Source: Cyanobacteria bacterium P01_F01_bin.150 (GTDB taxonomy: Bacteria > Cyanobacteriota > Cyanobacteriia > CAKZMO01). From it: a DNA stretch of 64,000 nucleotides. Made by a program: the position numbers and the translations under genes. Shown one piece after another: positions 1 to 10,114 of the stretch (position 1 is its first letter; every line of letters starts with the position of its first letter). Where the stretch lies: assembly GCA_039189765.1 (NCBI GenBank), contig JBCCYL010000029.1, forward strand, positions 6,494-70,493, given 5' to 3'. The notes below the pieces were generated by a model. The model made no database searches, was not told the origin of the DNA, and saw only the letters and a program-made list of their open reading frames with translations.

Positions 1-188
1 AGGCTCAGACTATTATAGATAAAACTGCATCTTTTAATAAGAAGCGAGAAAACTATTTTTCCGATTCTAGATGTAGGTGCTATTTTATATGAATTTTTAT
101 TTAAGTAATCCTAGTTAAGGAGATGGCCTGCATATCTATTTTTCTTTTATTGCGATAAAAATGGATAGAGCAACCACGCAGAGGTAAG

Positions 189-2231
189 GTGGTGGATCAA
201 TATAATTGGGAACAACTCACATCTCAGCAAACTTTAGCAGCTATTGCCCAGGCTGCAATGGAAAAGTCTCCTGCCTCTCGAAAAAAAATTGAAGAAGTCT
301 TGCAGGTATTATCAAGTACGTTAGCCAACCTACAGGGCACGACGGATGAGTTGCGTGAACAGCATGACGTGTTGATTGATTCATATCGTAATATTGCTGA
401 ATATTCTCATCATTATCAGCATGTCTTTGCGCAGGCCCCTCAAAGTCTTGTCATTACTGATGAAGAGGGCAAAATTCAAGATTTGAATTTTGCGGCCATT
501 CAATTATTGGGCGATCCGTTAGGGAAAAACGGAGAAAATGCAGGAACATCTTGTCATGTTGATCGAACCGCTTTACTTGAACAATCGCTCCAATCGTTTG
601 TTGCGCCGGAATCAGTTCAGGTATTTGCTCAATATTTAGAGGATGTTCGTCGGCTGTCCCCTATTAAACAGGCATCTTTGCCATCGATTCAAGTTTTAAT
701 TGACCCGATATTGGGACAACAGCAGTGGGTGCATATCTCGGCTCGATGTATCTCTGCTGTTTTGAATGAAGGTCGGGTGATCAGTTGGGCAATAACTGAC
801 ATAACGGATGTGTCGCAGACGGAGTTTGCTTTAAAGCGACAGATCCAAGAGATTCACCAAAATTATGCGGATATCCAGAGGGCTAATCAAGCTCTAGAGA
901 AGACGGTTCAGGCTAAAAGCTCGCAGGTTTTGAAGGCCACTGAATTTGAATCCACGCTGAAACGAATTACAGATAAGGTTCGAGACTCCCTAGACGAAAG
1001 TAAAATTCTACAAACAGTGGTAAGAGAGCTGTCTATCGTTTTGCGTTTAGGCGGTTGTAATACTGCTTTATATGATCTAGACAAAGGAATTTCAACCATT
1101 TCCTATGAGTACACCAACTTCATTTCTGCTTATCGTGGGAAAGTTGCTCAGATGGATAAGTTTCCTGAAATCTATAATCAATTAAAGCAGGGAAACTATT
1201 TTCAGTTTTGTTCCCTGATTCCCAATCCAGAACGGGGGCATGTGTCGCTACTAGCCTGTCCGATTTTTGTAGATTCTGAAACAGAAGAAGCCATCGCAGA
1301 AGCGCATGAATCTGACTCAAAAGAACCGCCCAACAATGGGATGAGTCGGGAAAAAGTGCTGGGTGATCTTTGGCTTATTGATCGTAAAGAGCATGTATTT
1401 AATGAATTTGAAATTCGTTTGGTGCAGCAGGTCGCTAACCAGTGTGCGATCGCGATTCGACAAGCTCGCCTCTATAAGGCAGCACAAGCACAAGTTCATG
1501 AGCTAGAAAAATTGAACCGTCTTAAAGATGAATTTCTGAGTACCGTTTCTCATGAGTTGCGGACCCCCATCTCAAATGTAAAAATGGCCATTCATATGTT
1601 GAAGAATGCTCCTACTGAAGAAAAACGGCAGCAGTATCTGAAAATTTTAGAGGCAGAGTCTCAGCGAGAAGCAGATCTAATAGACGATCTGTTAGATCTA
1701 CAGAAATTGGAGGTTTCTACATATTCAATTTCAGCTAGAACTCTTCAAATTGGTCCTTGGTTAGAAAGTATCACTCAACCTTTTAAATCGCGGATGGAGT
1801 CTCAGCAGCAGCATATGAGCATAGGGTATTCAACGCCCAGGCGAACCTTAAGAACCGACTTTGGTGTTTTGGAACGTATCCTGGTTGAACTGTTGAATAA
1901 TGCCTGTAAATATACTCCATCCGGTCACAAAATCCAGGTCCAAGTCTATGATGAAGGCGATGAGGAAAAGAACGGCGCTGATTTGAACTTGCTAGTGTCT
2001 TCATCTACAGTCTTCAAAGTCAGTAATCAAGCAGAAATTACGGAAGATGAACTGCCGCATATTTTCGATAAATTTTATCGTATTCCCCATTCAGACCCTT
2101 GGAAGCAGGGGGGCACAGGGTTAGGGTTGGCTCTGGTTCAAAAGCTGGTGGAACAAATTCAGGGCAAGATAGAGGTTAGTAGCCTGGATGGATGGACTCA
2201 TTTTACAGTGAGCATTATCCATCACGATTAG
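189..2231 (+). CDS. PAS/GAF sensor histidine kinase
   Basis: PAS-like N-terminus; GAF ending VQQVANQCAIAIRQARLY; H-box FLSTVSHELRTP; N-box ELLNNACKY; G2 box GGTGLGL. Confidence 0.92.
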   Translation: MVDQYNWEQLTSQQTLAAIAQAAMEKSPASRKKIEEVLQVLSSTLANLQGTTDELREQHDVLIDSYRNIAEYSHHYQHVFAQAPQSLVITDEEGKIQDLNFAAIQLLGDPLGKNGENAGTSCHVDRTALLEQSLQSFVAPESVQVFAQYLEDVRRLSPIKQASLPSIQVLIDPILGQQQWVHISARCISAVLNEGRVISWAITDITDVSQTEFALKRQIQEIHQNYADIQRANQALEKTVQAKSSQVLKATEFESTLKRITDKVRDSLDESKILQTVVRELSIVLRLGGCNTALYDLDKGISTISYEYTNFISAYRGKVAQMDKFPEIYNQLKQGNYFQFCSLIPNPERGHVSLLACPIFVDSETEEAIAEAHESDSKEPPNNGMSREKVLGDLWLIDRKEHVFNEFEIRLVQQVANQCAIAIRQARLYKAAQAQVHELEKLNRLKDEFLSTVSHELRTPISNVKMAIHMLKNAPTEEKRQQYLKILEAESQREADLIDDLLDLQKLEVSTYSISARTLQIGPWLESITQPFKSRMESQQQHMSIGYSTPRRTLRTDFGVLERILVELLNNACKYTPSGHKIQVQVYDEGDEEKNGADLNLLVSSSTVFKVSNQAEITEDELPHIFDKFYRIPHSDPWKQGGTGLGLALVQKLVEQIQGKIEVSSLDGWTHFTVSIIHHD

Positions 2232-2305
2232 AGAATTGCCAGAGGTGGAGGCGAGAGAATTCCGTTCCCACATTTAGGACTCCAACCGAATCGCCATCAT
2301 GGTTC

Positions 2306-2385
2306 GGGTTTCGTTTTAAGGCGAAACAACATCAAAGGTCGTGTGGGCGTGGAGCGGCCACACGATCTGCCTAAAGTTAATACCC
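2306..2385 (-). mobile_element. About 80-bp MITE/REP-like element, family B, copy 1
   Basis: Reverse-complement similarity to 33940-34019, 41664-41742 and 44423-44501; two internal hairpins; lies between convergent genes. Confidence 0.7.
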
Positions 2386-2387
2386 AA

Positions 2388-3320
2388 CTAGTCCAATCCC
2401 TCAAATCTCCAGGGAACGGGATCAACTGCAGTACCATTCACATACAGTCCCCAGTGAAGGTGGGGACCCGTTGAAGCACCAGTGGAACCGATCGCTCCGA
2501 TTACTTGACCTGCTTCGACAAAATCACCATCTTGGACATCAATGCGGCTGAGATGAATCATAATACTGAGTACACCTTGACCGTGATCAATGCCAATAGT
2601 GTTGCCATGCAGCTCAAATCCTTCGCTAACGGTCCCTACCAGGCGAATATAACCTGAGGCCGGAGCCACCACTGGAGCTCCGGTTCCTGCGGCATAATCG
2701 ACACCTCTGTGGTAATAGTTTTGGGCAAATTCTCCGTTGTAATAGCGGCGGTTTCCATATTCAGAGCTGACTCGGCCACCGCTGGGCCGGAGCATGGGGC
2801 CATCCCAAAATTTCTCAGGACTGAGGATTTTCTTAAATTCAGCGACACGAGCAAATTCATGATCCGTGCCTAAGTTTGAATTTCCAGGGGAAAGTCGGAT
2901 CCATTGGGTATGGAAGGAGCGATCGCTCAAATTGACTGACCTTGACTCAGACCCTTCATCGCCATCAATTTGAATGGTTTTTTGACCAGGTGTATCCAAA
3001 GGACTCGTTGGCACCATAGCTCGAAATCGGCCATCAGGAAGGGGAAAGCTTTGGTAAGTATTTTCGCCCATCGTAACCAAAGGAGGATTGACTGTGCCTT
3101 GGTTGGGACTGATAAAGACAGAAATGGTGTCGCCTAAACGGGGATTTCCAGGCAAAATATCCACGCTGTAAGCATATACACCTGACCCTACCGTAAGAAC
3201 CAACGCCAATGTACCAGCTAGAATAGCCATCAAACGGCGACTATGGCGTGCCAAGAGTTGCCGAAATTCAGACTCAAAAGACCAATATCTTGTTCTGGCA
3301 GTATGCTTCGTTTGATTCAT
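2388..3320 (-). CDS. M23 family metallopeptidase (peptidoglycan hydrolase)
   Basis: HRGVD (HxxxD) and HLH motifs, STGPHLHW, N-terminal hydrophobic/signal segment. Confidence 0.92.
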   Translation of the reverse strand: MNQTKHTARTRYWSFESEFRQLLARHSRRLMAILAGTLALVLTVGSGVYAYSVDILPGNPRLGDTISVFISPNQGTVNPPLVTMGENTYQSFPLPDGRFRAMVPTSPLDTPGQKTIQIDGDEGSESRSVNLSDRSFHTQWIRLSPGNSNLGTDHEFARVAEFKKILSPEKFWDGPMLRPSGGRVSSEYGNRRYYNGEFAQNYYHRGVDYAAGTGAPVVAPASGYIRLVGTVSEGFELHGNTIGIDHGQGVLSIMIHLSRIDVQDGDFVEAGQVIGAIGSTGASTGPHLHWGLYVNGTAVDPVPWRFEGLD

Positions 3321-3544
3321 CAGTTTATCCTTGGCTACAACAATGTGCTGGCCTAATGTGGAGGCACAATACGGGCATCTCCTTATGCAGCCAGCGCACC
3401 AAATATTTTACTCATTATGGTCGCGTGGCATCAGGATGAAATAAGGTATTGCTTTAAACTAGCTTAGGGCGCATTCCCCCACCCTAGAGAGGATGGGGGA
3501 GGTTTCATTTGCTGGTTGAAGGAATCCAAGGGACAAACCATACG

Positions 3545-4708
3545 ATGAGTCAGGTCGTTATTATTGGATGCGGATTAGTGGGGGCAGCGATCGCCTATGA
3601 ACTAAGCGCAATCACTAACTTAAAAATTACGGTTCTGGATCGACAACTTCCAGCCCAGGGTTCTACAGGCGCAGCTTTAGGGGTGTTGATGGGGGCGATT
3701 AGTCAAAAGAAAAAAGGGCGGGCTTGGAAACTAAGGGAACATAGTCTTCGTACCTATGAAATGTGGGTACCTGAATTAGAAAAAGTGACTGCTCAGTCTA
3801 TTCGCTTTAACCGAGATGGGTTGGTTCGTTTAATCTTTGGTGATGATAATTTAGAGAAATGGGAAGCACTCCGAACGATTCGGCATGACCAGGGCTGGCC
3901 GTTGGAAATTTGGCCTCGTAGTGAGCTGGATCAGCGATACCCAGGTATTGGTGAATATGTGGGCGATCGTATGATTACTGGGGCGATCTATTCGGGGGGC
4001 GATCGCCAAATTGATCCCAAAGCCTTGACCTACGCTTTGATTGCTGCCTGCAAACAGCGCGGTGTAACCTTTCACTTTGAGACAGAAGTCTGTGGCCTGG
4101 ATTTGAGTAGCGACGCTGCTTTCTCAACACATCCCCATCTGATTTTGACCCCATCAACTTCTTTGCAGGCGGATTGGGTGATTATTTCGGCAGGGCTGGA
4201 GACGACGGGACTGACAGAGGGGGTTCAGCATCCTGTGGATATTCGGCCTGTGCTGGGGCAAGCAATGAGAGTGAGGTTACCGTTATCGGTCGTTGCTGAG
4301 GCGATGTCCAGCCAAGTGGCTAATGATATGTCAACGTTTCAACCCGTGCTGACTGGAAACGATGTTCATGTGATTCCGCTGGGCGTAAAGGATGTCCATC
4401 AAGAGTATTGGGTTGGAGCGACGGTGGAATTTCCAGATGATCACGGTTCTGTGATGGCCGATGAGGCTTTATTCCAGCAGATGTGGGCAGGGGCGATCGC
4501 GTTTTACCCAGTCCTTGCAAACGCTGATATTTTAGAACGATGGTCTGGTAACCGGCCCCGACCCTTTGGGCGTCCAGCCCCGATAGTGGAACCTTTGGCA
4601 GGATCTTCTCAAGTAATTGTGGCAGCGGGACATTATCGCAATGGTGTTCTTCTTGCTCCTGCAACTGCTCACCTTGTCAAAGAATTCATGGGGTATGGGG
4701 ATAGCTGA
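3545..4708 (+). CDS. FAD-dependent oxidoreductase, DAO/glycine oxidase family
   Basis: GCGLVG dinucleotide-binding motif right after the ATG at 3545; GxRP and GHYRNGVLLAP motifs. Confidence 0.88.
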   Translation: MSQVVIIGCGLVGAAIAYELSAITNLKITVLDRQLPAQGSTGAALGVLMGAISQKKKGRAWKLREHSLRTYEMWVPELEKVTAQSIRFNRDGLVRLIFGDDNLEKWEALRTIRHDQGWPLEIWPRSELDQRYPGIGEYVGDRMITGAIYSGGDRQIDPKALTYALIAACKQRGVTFHFETEVCGLDLSSDAAFSTHPHLILTPSTSLQADWVIISAGLETTGLTEGVQHPVDIRPVLGQAMRVRLPLSVVAEAMSSQVANDMSTFQPVLTGNDVHVIPLGVKDVHQEYWVGATVEFPDDHGSVMADEALFQQMWAGAIAFYPVLANADILERWSGNRPRPFGRPAPIVEPLAGSSQVIVAAGHYRNGVLLAPATAHLVKEFMGYGDS

Positions 4709-4844
4709 TGCAATTTTGGATGAGATGCATAGGATTGAGGTATGCGACTCGGCAGGGCGACTACCTCAATGTCTTTTTAAAGAATTGGACACAATGACTT
4801 ATCGCGATTGTTGACTTTATGATTCAGTGAAACGTAAACCTTAC

Positions 4845-4860
4845 TGTAGCCCTGATTACA
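4845..4860. promoter_or_regulatory. Candidate NtcA box (TGTA-N8-TACA) upstream of the NTRC gene
   Basis: tgta-gccctgat-taca is an exact match to the consensus; CATAAT at 4884-4889; about 170 bp upstream of the ATG at 5029. Confidence 0.4.
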
Positions 4861-5028
4861 AAACTTTACGTTAAACTGTTAAGCATAATCGTTATGAGTT
4901 TGCCTTGCTGAACAGGCATGCAGTTTAATCTGTAAATGAAATGCTCGGTCAAGTGTTAAGACTCTGTCGTAAAATTCCTGGCAATATATTATCCCCAAAT
5001 TACAGAACCAATAACGGAGGCAAGACAT

Positions 5029-6405
5029 ATGACACTTACAGATGCCCAAAAGGTAGAAAATTTGGTGGTAATTGGATCTGGACCGGCGGGCTATACAGCG
5101 GCCATTTACGCTGCACGGGCAAACCTAAAGCCATTTATGTTCGAGGGCTATCAAGTGGGTGGTCTCCCTGGCGGTCAGTTGATGACAACGACGGAAGTGG
5201 AGAATTTTCCTGGGTTTCCCGACGGTATCACGGGACCTGAGCTGATGGATCGAATGAAGGCCCAGGCAAAGCGATGGGGAACGGAAATGGTGACTGAAGA
5301 TGTTACCGGGGTGGATTTTAGGCAGCGGCCATTTGTGATTCGGTCTGAAGAACGTGAAGTGTTTGCCCACAGTATTGTCATTGCCACAGGGGCAACGGCT
5401 CGTCGTTTAAATTTGCCGAGTGAAACCGAGTATTGGAGTAAAGGAATTTCTGCCTGTGCGATTTGTGATGGGGCAACACCTATCTTCAGTAATGAGGAGC
5501 TGGCGGTAATTGGTGGTGGTGATTCGGCGGCGGAAGAAGCCGTTTATCTGACTAAATATGGCTCCCACGTCCATCTACTGGTGCGTCGGGATCAAATGAG
5601 AGCTAGTAAGGCTATGCAGGATCGGGTGTTAGCCAATGACAAGATTACGGTGCATTGGAATACGGAAGCTGTGGATGTATTTGGCAATGATGATCGCATG
5701 GAAGGGATCAAAATTCGCGATCGCACCTCTGGAGTTGAGCGAGATTTAGCCGTTCGGGGCTTATTCTATGCCATTGGCCACACGCCCAACACTAAGCTAT
5801 TTGATGGTCAGATTAATTTAGATGCGGCTGGCTATATTGCCACCCGACATCATTCGGTTGAAACCAGTGTGGAAGGCATCTTTGCGGCCGGAGATGTTCA
5901 GGATCATGAATATCGCCAAGCGATTACGGCAGCCGGTACGGGCTGTATGGCAGCGCTTTTAGCAGAGAGATGGCTGACAGCGAACGATTTGGCTCAAGAA
6001 TTCCATCAAACTGAGGCGTCGGAAAAAGCGGAGGAAGAGGGGAAAAAGGCTGAGTATCAGCTAGCGGCAGAGTTTGACCCGGATACGACTCGTCATCAGG
6101 GTAGTTACGCTCTGCGAAAGCTATACCATGAAAGCGATCGCCTGATCGTCGTCAAGTATGCTGCACCTACCTGTGGACCATGTCATACCCTTAAGCCCAT
6201 TCTGAGTAAGGTTGTGGACGAATTTGAGGGCAAAATTCACTACATTGAAATAGACATCACAGAGGATGAAGATATTGCTGAGAACGCTGGCATTACGGGT
6301 ACACCCACAGTGCAATTTTTCAAAGATAAAGCCCTAGTGCATCAGATGATGGGGATGAAGCAAAAAAGCCAATATCGTGAAATGATTCAACAGCATGTAG
6401 GCTAG
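5029..6405 (+). CDS. trxB: NADPH thioredoxin reductase with fused thioredoxin domain (NTRC type)
   Basis: GSGPAG, redox CAIC, GGGDSA motifs; C-terminal Trx domain with CGPC. Confidence 0.95.
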   Translation: MTLTDAQKVENLVVIGSGPAGYTAAIYAARANLKPFMFEGYQVGGLPGGQLMTTTEVENFPGFPDGITGPELMDRMKAQAKRWGTEMVTEDVTGVDFRQRPFVIRSEEREVFAHSIVIATGATARRLNLPSETEYWSKGISACAICDGATPIFSNEELAVIGGGDSAAEEAVYLTKYGSHVHLLVRRDQMRASKAMQDRVLANDKITVHWNTEAVDVFGNDDRMEGIKIRDRTSGVERDLAVRGLFYAIGHTPNTKLFDGQINLDAAGYIATRHHSVETSVEGIFAAGDVQDHEYRQAITAAGTGCMAALLAERWLTANDLAQEFHQTEASEKAEEEGKKAEYQLAAEFDPDTTRHQGSYALRKLYHESDRLIVVKYAAPTCGPCHTLKPILSKVVDEFEGKIHYIEIDITEDEDIAENAGITGTPTVQFFKDKALVHQMMGMKQKSQYREMIQQHVG

Positions 6406-6424
6406 TTCTCTGTCAGGAAATAAA

Positions 6425-6457
6425 TGAGGGGAAAATCCCGTAGGGATTTTCCCCTCA
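6425..6457. terminator. Hairpin between convergent genes, probably a bidirectional terminator
   Basis: Perfect 15-bp stem tgaggggaaaatccc / gggattttcccctca with a 3-nt loop. Confidence 0.75.
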
Positions 6458-6508
6458 AAATAAAGCTGACGCGTTACTAGTCCTCTGAACTCAGGCTGCA
6501 TTAATGTG

Positions 6509-7516
6509 TCATCGTCGAGTTGTCTGATGTTCGTCACTGCGAGTGTGGGTATTGATAGGGTTCCGGGATCGATAAAAATCAATGTCCGCTCGACGTAAGC
6601 GGAGTTGAATATCTTCCAGCATTTTACGATTTACGGACAGGACATCGGCTACTAACCCCAATACCCATAACTGAACTCCCACTAAGATTAGGATTGCAGC
6701 CAAAATCAAGCTAGGAGCGCGTACCCGTGTGGGATCATCAAACCAGTAGAGCAGGAGCCAGCGTAAGCACAGTGCCATGCCTACTCCAAAGGGTACGCCT
6801 CCAAAAACAGTAAAAAACCGCATCGGTCTGTACACCATAAAAATGCGGAAAATGGTGAGAATAGACCGTTGAATATAAGTGGGAATACTTTTTACCAAGC
6901 GAGACGGACGCAAATCCCCATTTGTCCGTATGGGCACTGATGTAATCACCATCCCTTTTTGTCCTGCTTGAATAATCGTCTCCAGTGTGTATGTATATTC
7001 ATTAAACACATTTAATTGGATCGCTGCGTGACGGCTCATCGCTCGGAATCCACTGGGAGCATCAGGAATATCCGTACTGCTGGCTAGGCGAACAACCCAG
7101 CTACCCAAGCCCTGTAAAAATTTTTTGGTCGGAGAAAAGTGAGGAATGGATTGAATAGGTCGTTCCCCCACCACAATTTCAGCATCTCCCTGAAGAATGG
7201 GAGCGACTAACTTTGGAATATCTGCTGCACAGTACTGATTATCAGCATCAGTATTGACAATAATGTCTGCTCCAGCTTTCAATGCGGCATCTATTCCAGC
7301 CATAAACCCGGCTGCTAAACCCTGATTATGTTCAAAGCTCACTATATGGTCGACCCCCCACTCTTGAGCGACTTTAGCCGTGCGATCGCTACTACCATCA
7401 TCAATAACCAGCCACTCTACCGTATCGACTTCTGGTAAGTGGCGAGGTAGCTCAGCCAAAGTAATGCCAAGAGTTGCCTCTTCGTTGTAGCAGGGAATTT
7501 GAATAATTAACTTCAC
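6509..7516 (-). CDS. Glycosyltransferase family 2 (DPM/GtrB-like) with C-terminal TM helices
   Basis: IPCYNEE, DDGSSD, DAD motifs; two C-terminal hydrophobic helices. Confidence 0.92.
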   Translation of the reverse strand: MKLIIQIPCYNEEATLGITLAELPRHLPEVDTVEWLVIDDGSSDRTAKVAQEWGVDHIVSFEHNQGLAAGFMAGIDAALKAGADIIVNTDADNQYCAADIPKLVAPILQGDAEIVVGERPIQSIPHFSPTKKFLQGLGSWVVRLASSTDIPDAPSGFRAMSRHAAIQLNVFNEYTYTLETIIQAGQKGMVITSVPIRTNGDLRPSRLVKSIPTYIQRSILTIFRIFMVYRPMRFFTVFGGVPFGVGMALCLRWLLLYWFDDPTRVRAPSLILAAILILVGVQLWVLGLVADVLSVNRKMLEDIQLRLRRADIDFYRSRNPINTHTRSDEHQTTRR

Positions 7517-7889
7517 AATATTTCGCAGGTCTACCGTTTATGTTGTCGCATTAAAGCGAAATCTAAGCCCTGGATGACAAGATATAGATGTTAAGACTAT
7601 CTCCGATCAGGGGAGCAAAGACAAGAAATGGAGTCGTTGGTAAAGCTATTGCTGATCCTATCCCTGATAAAAATACTTGGGGATCGCTGAATCCGTATAA
7701 GAGTTTCTTACTTAAACAGAAAAAACGTAATCTTGATTACATCCAAACTCTAATCTTTTTTTTAGAATTTGGCATGATGCATTGGGCAGACATGGGCCAT
7801 AATGCCTGTTAAACCAGCTTATACAAAATATGATGGCTCTTTGACTCTACAGCCTGATCAACTTTTAAGATAAGGACAACGCATTTGTA

Positions 7890-8399
7890 ATGGAAAATAT
7901 TGCTGATAGTTTCGCTAACCTATGTGATTCCTACATCACACTGGCAGACCGGTTTAATCAACTTGATGTGGAACACATGACTTTGAAAGAAAAAGTGGTG
8001 CCTTTGCTAAAGACCTTGAAAAGTTATCAGCAGGCAATAGTAACCCTTCAATCTGAAAAGCAGGTTTTACAACAGAAATTGCAAGGAACTCAAGAAGAAT
8101 GTAAAGTTTTGGCTGCTAAAAATGATTCTCTTAAAGTATTAGAGCCATTGTTAAAGGATGAAGTCATCACTTTGTTAGCAGATGCCACAGAGCAAGCCGC
8201 TTTAGTGAAGGAAACAATCAGTGAGATGGATAGCAATCATGCTCCTGATCTAAATGAAGATGAAAAAAGCTTGCTTTCTATATTCTATAGCGATCCCGAA
8301 CGGTTTTCAGCGATTCACCACCAGCCATCGTCTCCTGGTTCCGATTCAACCTTTGCAAGCAAGTTTGCTGCACCCTCTCCGGACCCGGCACTTGTGTAA
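7890..8399 (+). CDS. Hypothetical coiled-coil protein
   Basis: 169-aa ORF with heptad-rich sequence and an upstream AAGGA. Confidence 0.75.
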   Translation: MENIADSFANLCDSYITLADRFNQLDVEHMTLKEKVVPLLKTLKSYQQAIVTLQSEKQVLQQKLQGTQEECKVLAAKNDSLKVLEPLLKDEVITLLADATEQAALVKETISEMDSNHAPDLNEDEKSLLSIFYSDPERFSAIHHQPSSPGSDSTFASKFAAPSPDPALV

Positions 8400-8606
8400 G
8401 GCTCAGAAGCGCTCCCCCTCTTTTGTTCTTGAAAAGGTTTTGAAACGTAAGTGGGGGAGTCAAAACGCATAAAATTTTTGCTCCAGCGCCTGAGTTTAAT
8501 GCTGGTTTGAACCAACCAAAAATTTTTCTTCTTAGCGTCCCCTGCTTAATGGTTTTAATGTCGTTACAATTTCGGGGCAGGTGAATAAAGCGTAGAAGGG
8601 AAATCT

Positions 8607-9176
8607 TTGGAAATGCAGGTTGAGTTATTACAAGCTACTTTAGTTGAGCTTTTCGGCGACGGTCTGGGGGGAAATGCGGTTGATGGTTGGGTAATTAGTG
8701 ATAGTGGTAGCCAATTACTCATTTTATTGTCAGCCGATCAGACTTGGTTACGAGTAATGATTTCAATTGCAACCGAAGATGAAGCGCAGCCTTATCTTCA
8801 GCAGCTCCTGAAAGCTAATTTTGATGATACCCAAGAGGTGCGATACGCTATTTCAAATAAGGTGTTGTGGGGTATTTATCAACATGATTTAGAGGGGTTA
8901 GGCGTCGCGACGCTGAAAGCAGCTATTGCTCGTCTGATTGACCTTAAACAAGATGGTTTGAGTAATTGTTTTCAGCAGGTTGTGGAAGGCCAGATCCGCC
9001 AAATAATTTGGGTATCAAAGCAACAGGGACAAACGTTGGAAGCAACTATCCAAACGTTAGAACGCTTTTATGCTGAGGGAATGTTGGGTGGACTGGAACA
9101 ACCCAAAGAAGATAAAGAATCGTTTCTGAATGCATGGCGTTATCAATTGAATAGACTATGGGATGAGGTTGAGTAG
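8607..9176 (+). CDS. Hypothetical protein, YbjN/CesT chaperone-like N-terminal domain
   Basis: LLKANFDDTQEVRYA..LWG pattern recalled from a conserved cyanobacterial family. Confidence 0.7.
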   Translation: MEMQVELLQATLVELFGDGLGGNAVDGWVISDSGSQLLILLSADQTWLRVMISIATEDEAQPYLQQLLKANFDDTQEVRYAISNKVLWGIYQHDLEGLGVATLKAAIARLIDLKQDGLSNCFQQVVEGQIRQIIWVSKQQGQTLEATIQTLERFYAEGMLGGLEQPKEDKESFLNAWRYQLNRLWDEVE

Positions 9177-9332
9177 GGTAGTGTCTCGATTCAGGAGCGT
9201 TTTCCTGTCAAATCTGCTTATTTCTGGTGTGTATGTGAGCTTAGCTTGTTTTCATTTAGCCATTAATACGGGTGAAAGCGTAGCAAGATCCAGTAAAATC
9301 GACTAGTATGCACTACCTGATTCCTCCTTTAT

Positions 9333-9962
9333 ATGGAATGGCACACCACTGATGCTAAAAGCTTACGCCTGATTGATCAGGAAATTGGTGATCATGCGTT
9401 TTCGCCTGCTGAATACGAAATTGTTCGCAGAGCAATTTACGCTACCGCAGATTTTGAGTACAAAAATCTGATTCGATTTTCGGATCATGCTCTGCAATCC
9501 GGGGCAGCTGCTCTTGCTGCTCGTAGCACTGTTGTGGTTGATGCTCCTATGGTACAGGTGGGTATTTCGGCGGTTATTCAACGCACATTTGCTAATCCGG
9601 TTTACTGTAGTACCGATACTTTGACGCGGCCTCAACGCACTAAAACGCGTTCAGCATGGGGAATCGAAACATTATCTGCTCGATATCCAGAGGCCATTTT
9701 TATCGTAGGGCAGTCTCAAACTGCTCTCCTTTCGCTGATTGAGCTAATCGAAGCAGATAAAATTCGGCCCGCATTAGTGATCGGCTCACCCGCAAATTTT
9801 CTGGGAGTTGATGCCCTTGGGGATCGATTTCGCAGCACCTCCGTGCCACATATTCGTATCAAAGGTCGTAAAGGCAGTGTGGTGGTTGCGGTTGCTTTAA
9901 TGAATGGTTTGGTAGATTTAGCTTGGCAGGCCTATGGTCGAGAGACCAATGGCTTAAGTTAA
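9333..9962 (+). CDS. cobH: Precorrin-8X methylmutase-like protein (CobH/CbiC family)
   Basis: EYEIVRRAIYATADF, PALVIG and GRKGS motifs; several catalytic motifs are divergent. Confidence 0.82.
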   Translation: MEWHTTDAKSLRLIDQEIGDHAFSPAEYEIVRRAIYATADFEYKNLIRFSDHALQSGAAALAARSTVVVDAPMVQVGISAVIQRTFANPVYCSTDTLTRPQRTKTRSAWGIETLSARYPEAIFIVGQSQTALLSLIELIEADKIRPALVIGSPANFLGVDALGDRFRSTSVPHIRIKGRKGSVVVAVALMNGLVDLAWQAYGRETNGLS

Positions 9963-10114
9963 AGATCCTCTATGAGTTTTTTCATCAAAAAGAAACATTG
10001 CACAATTCCGTTGAAGCAATCAGCTTGATTTATGATGAGTGGACGCAACATGTCTTCGAGCTGTGCCCATAAATGTTGCGATGCCCTGATGTTCGCCCCC
10101 TGGAGTATTCATCT

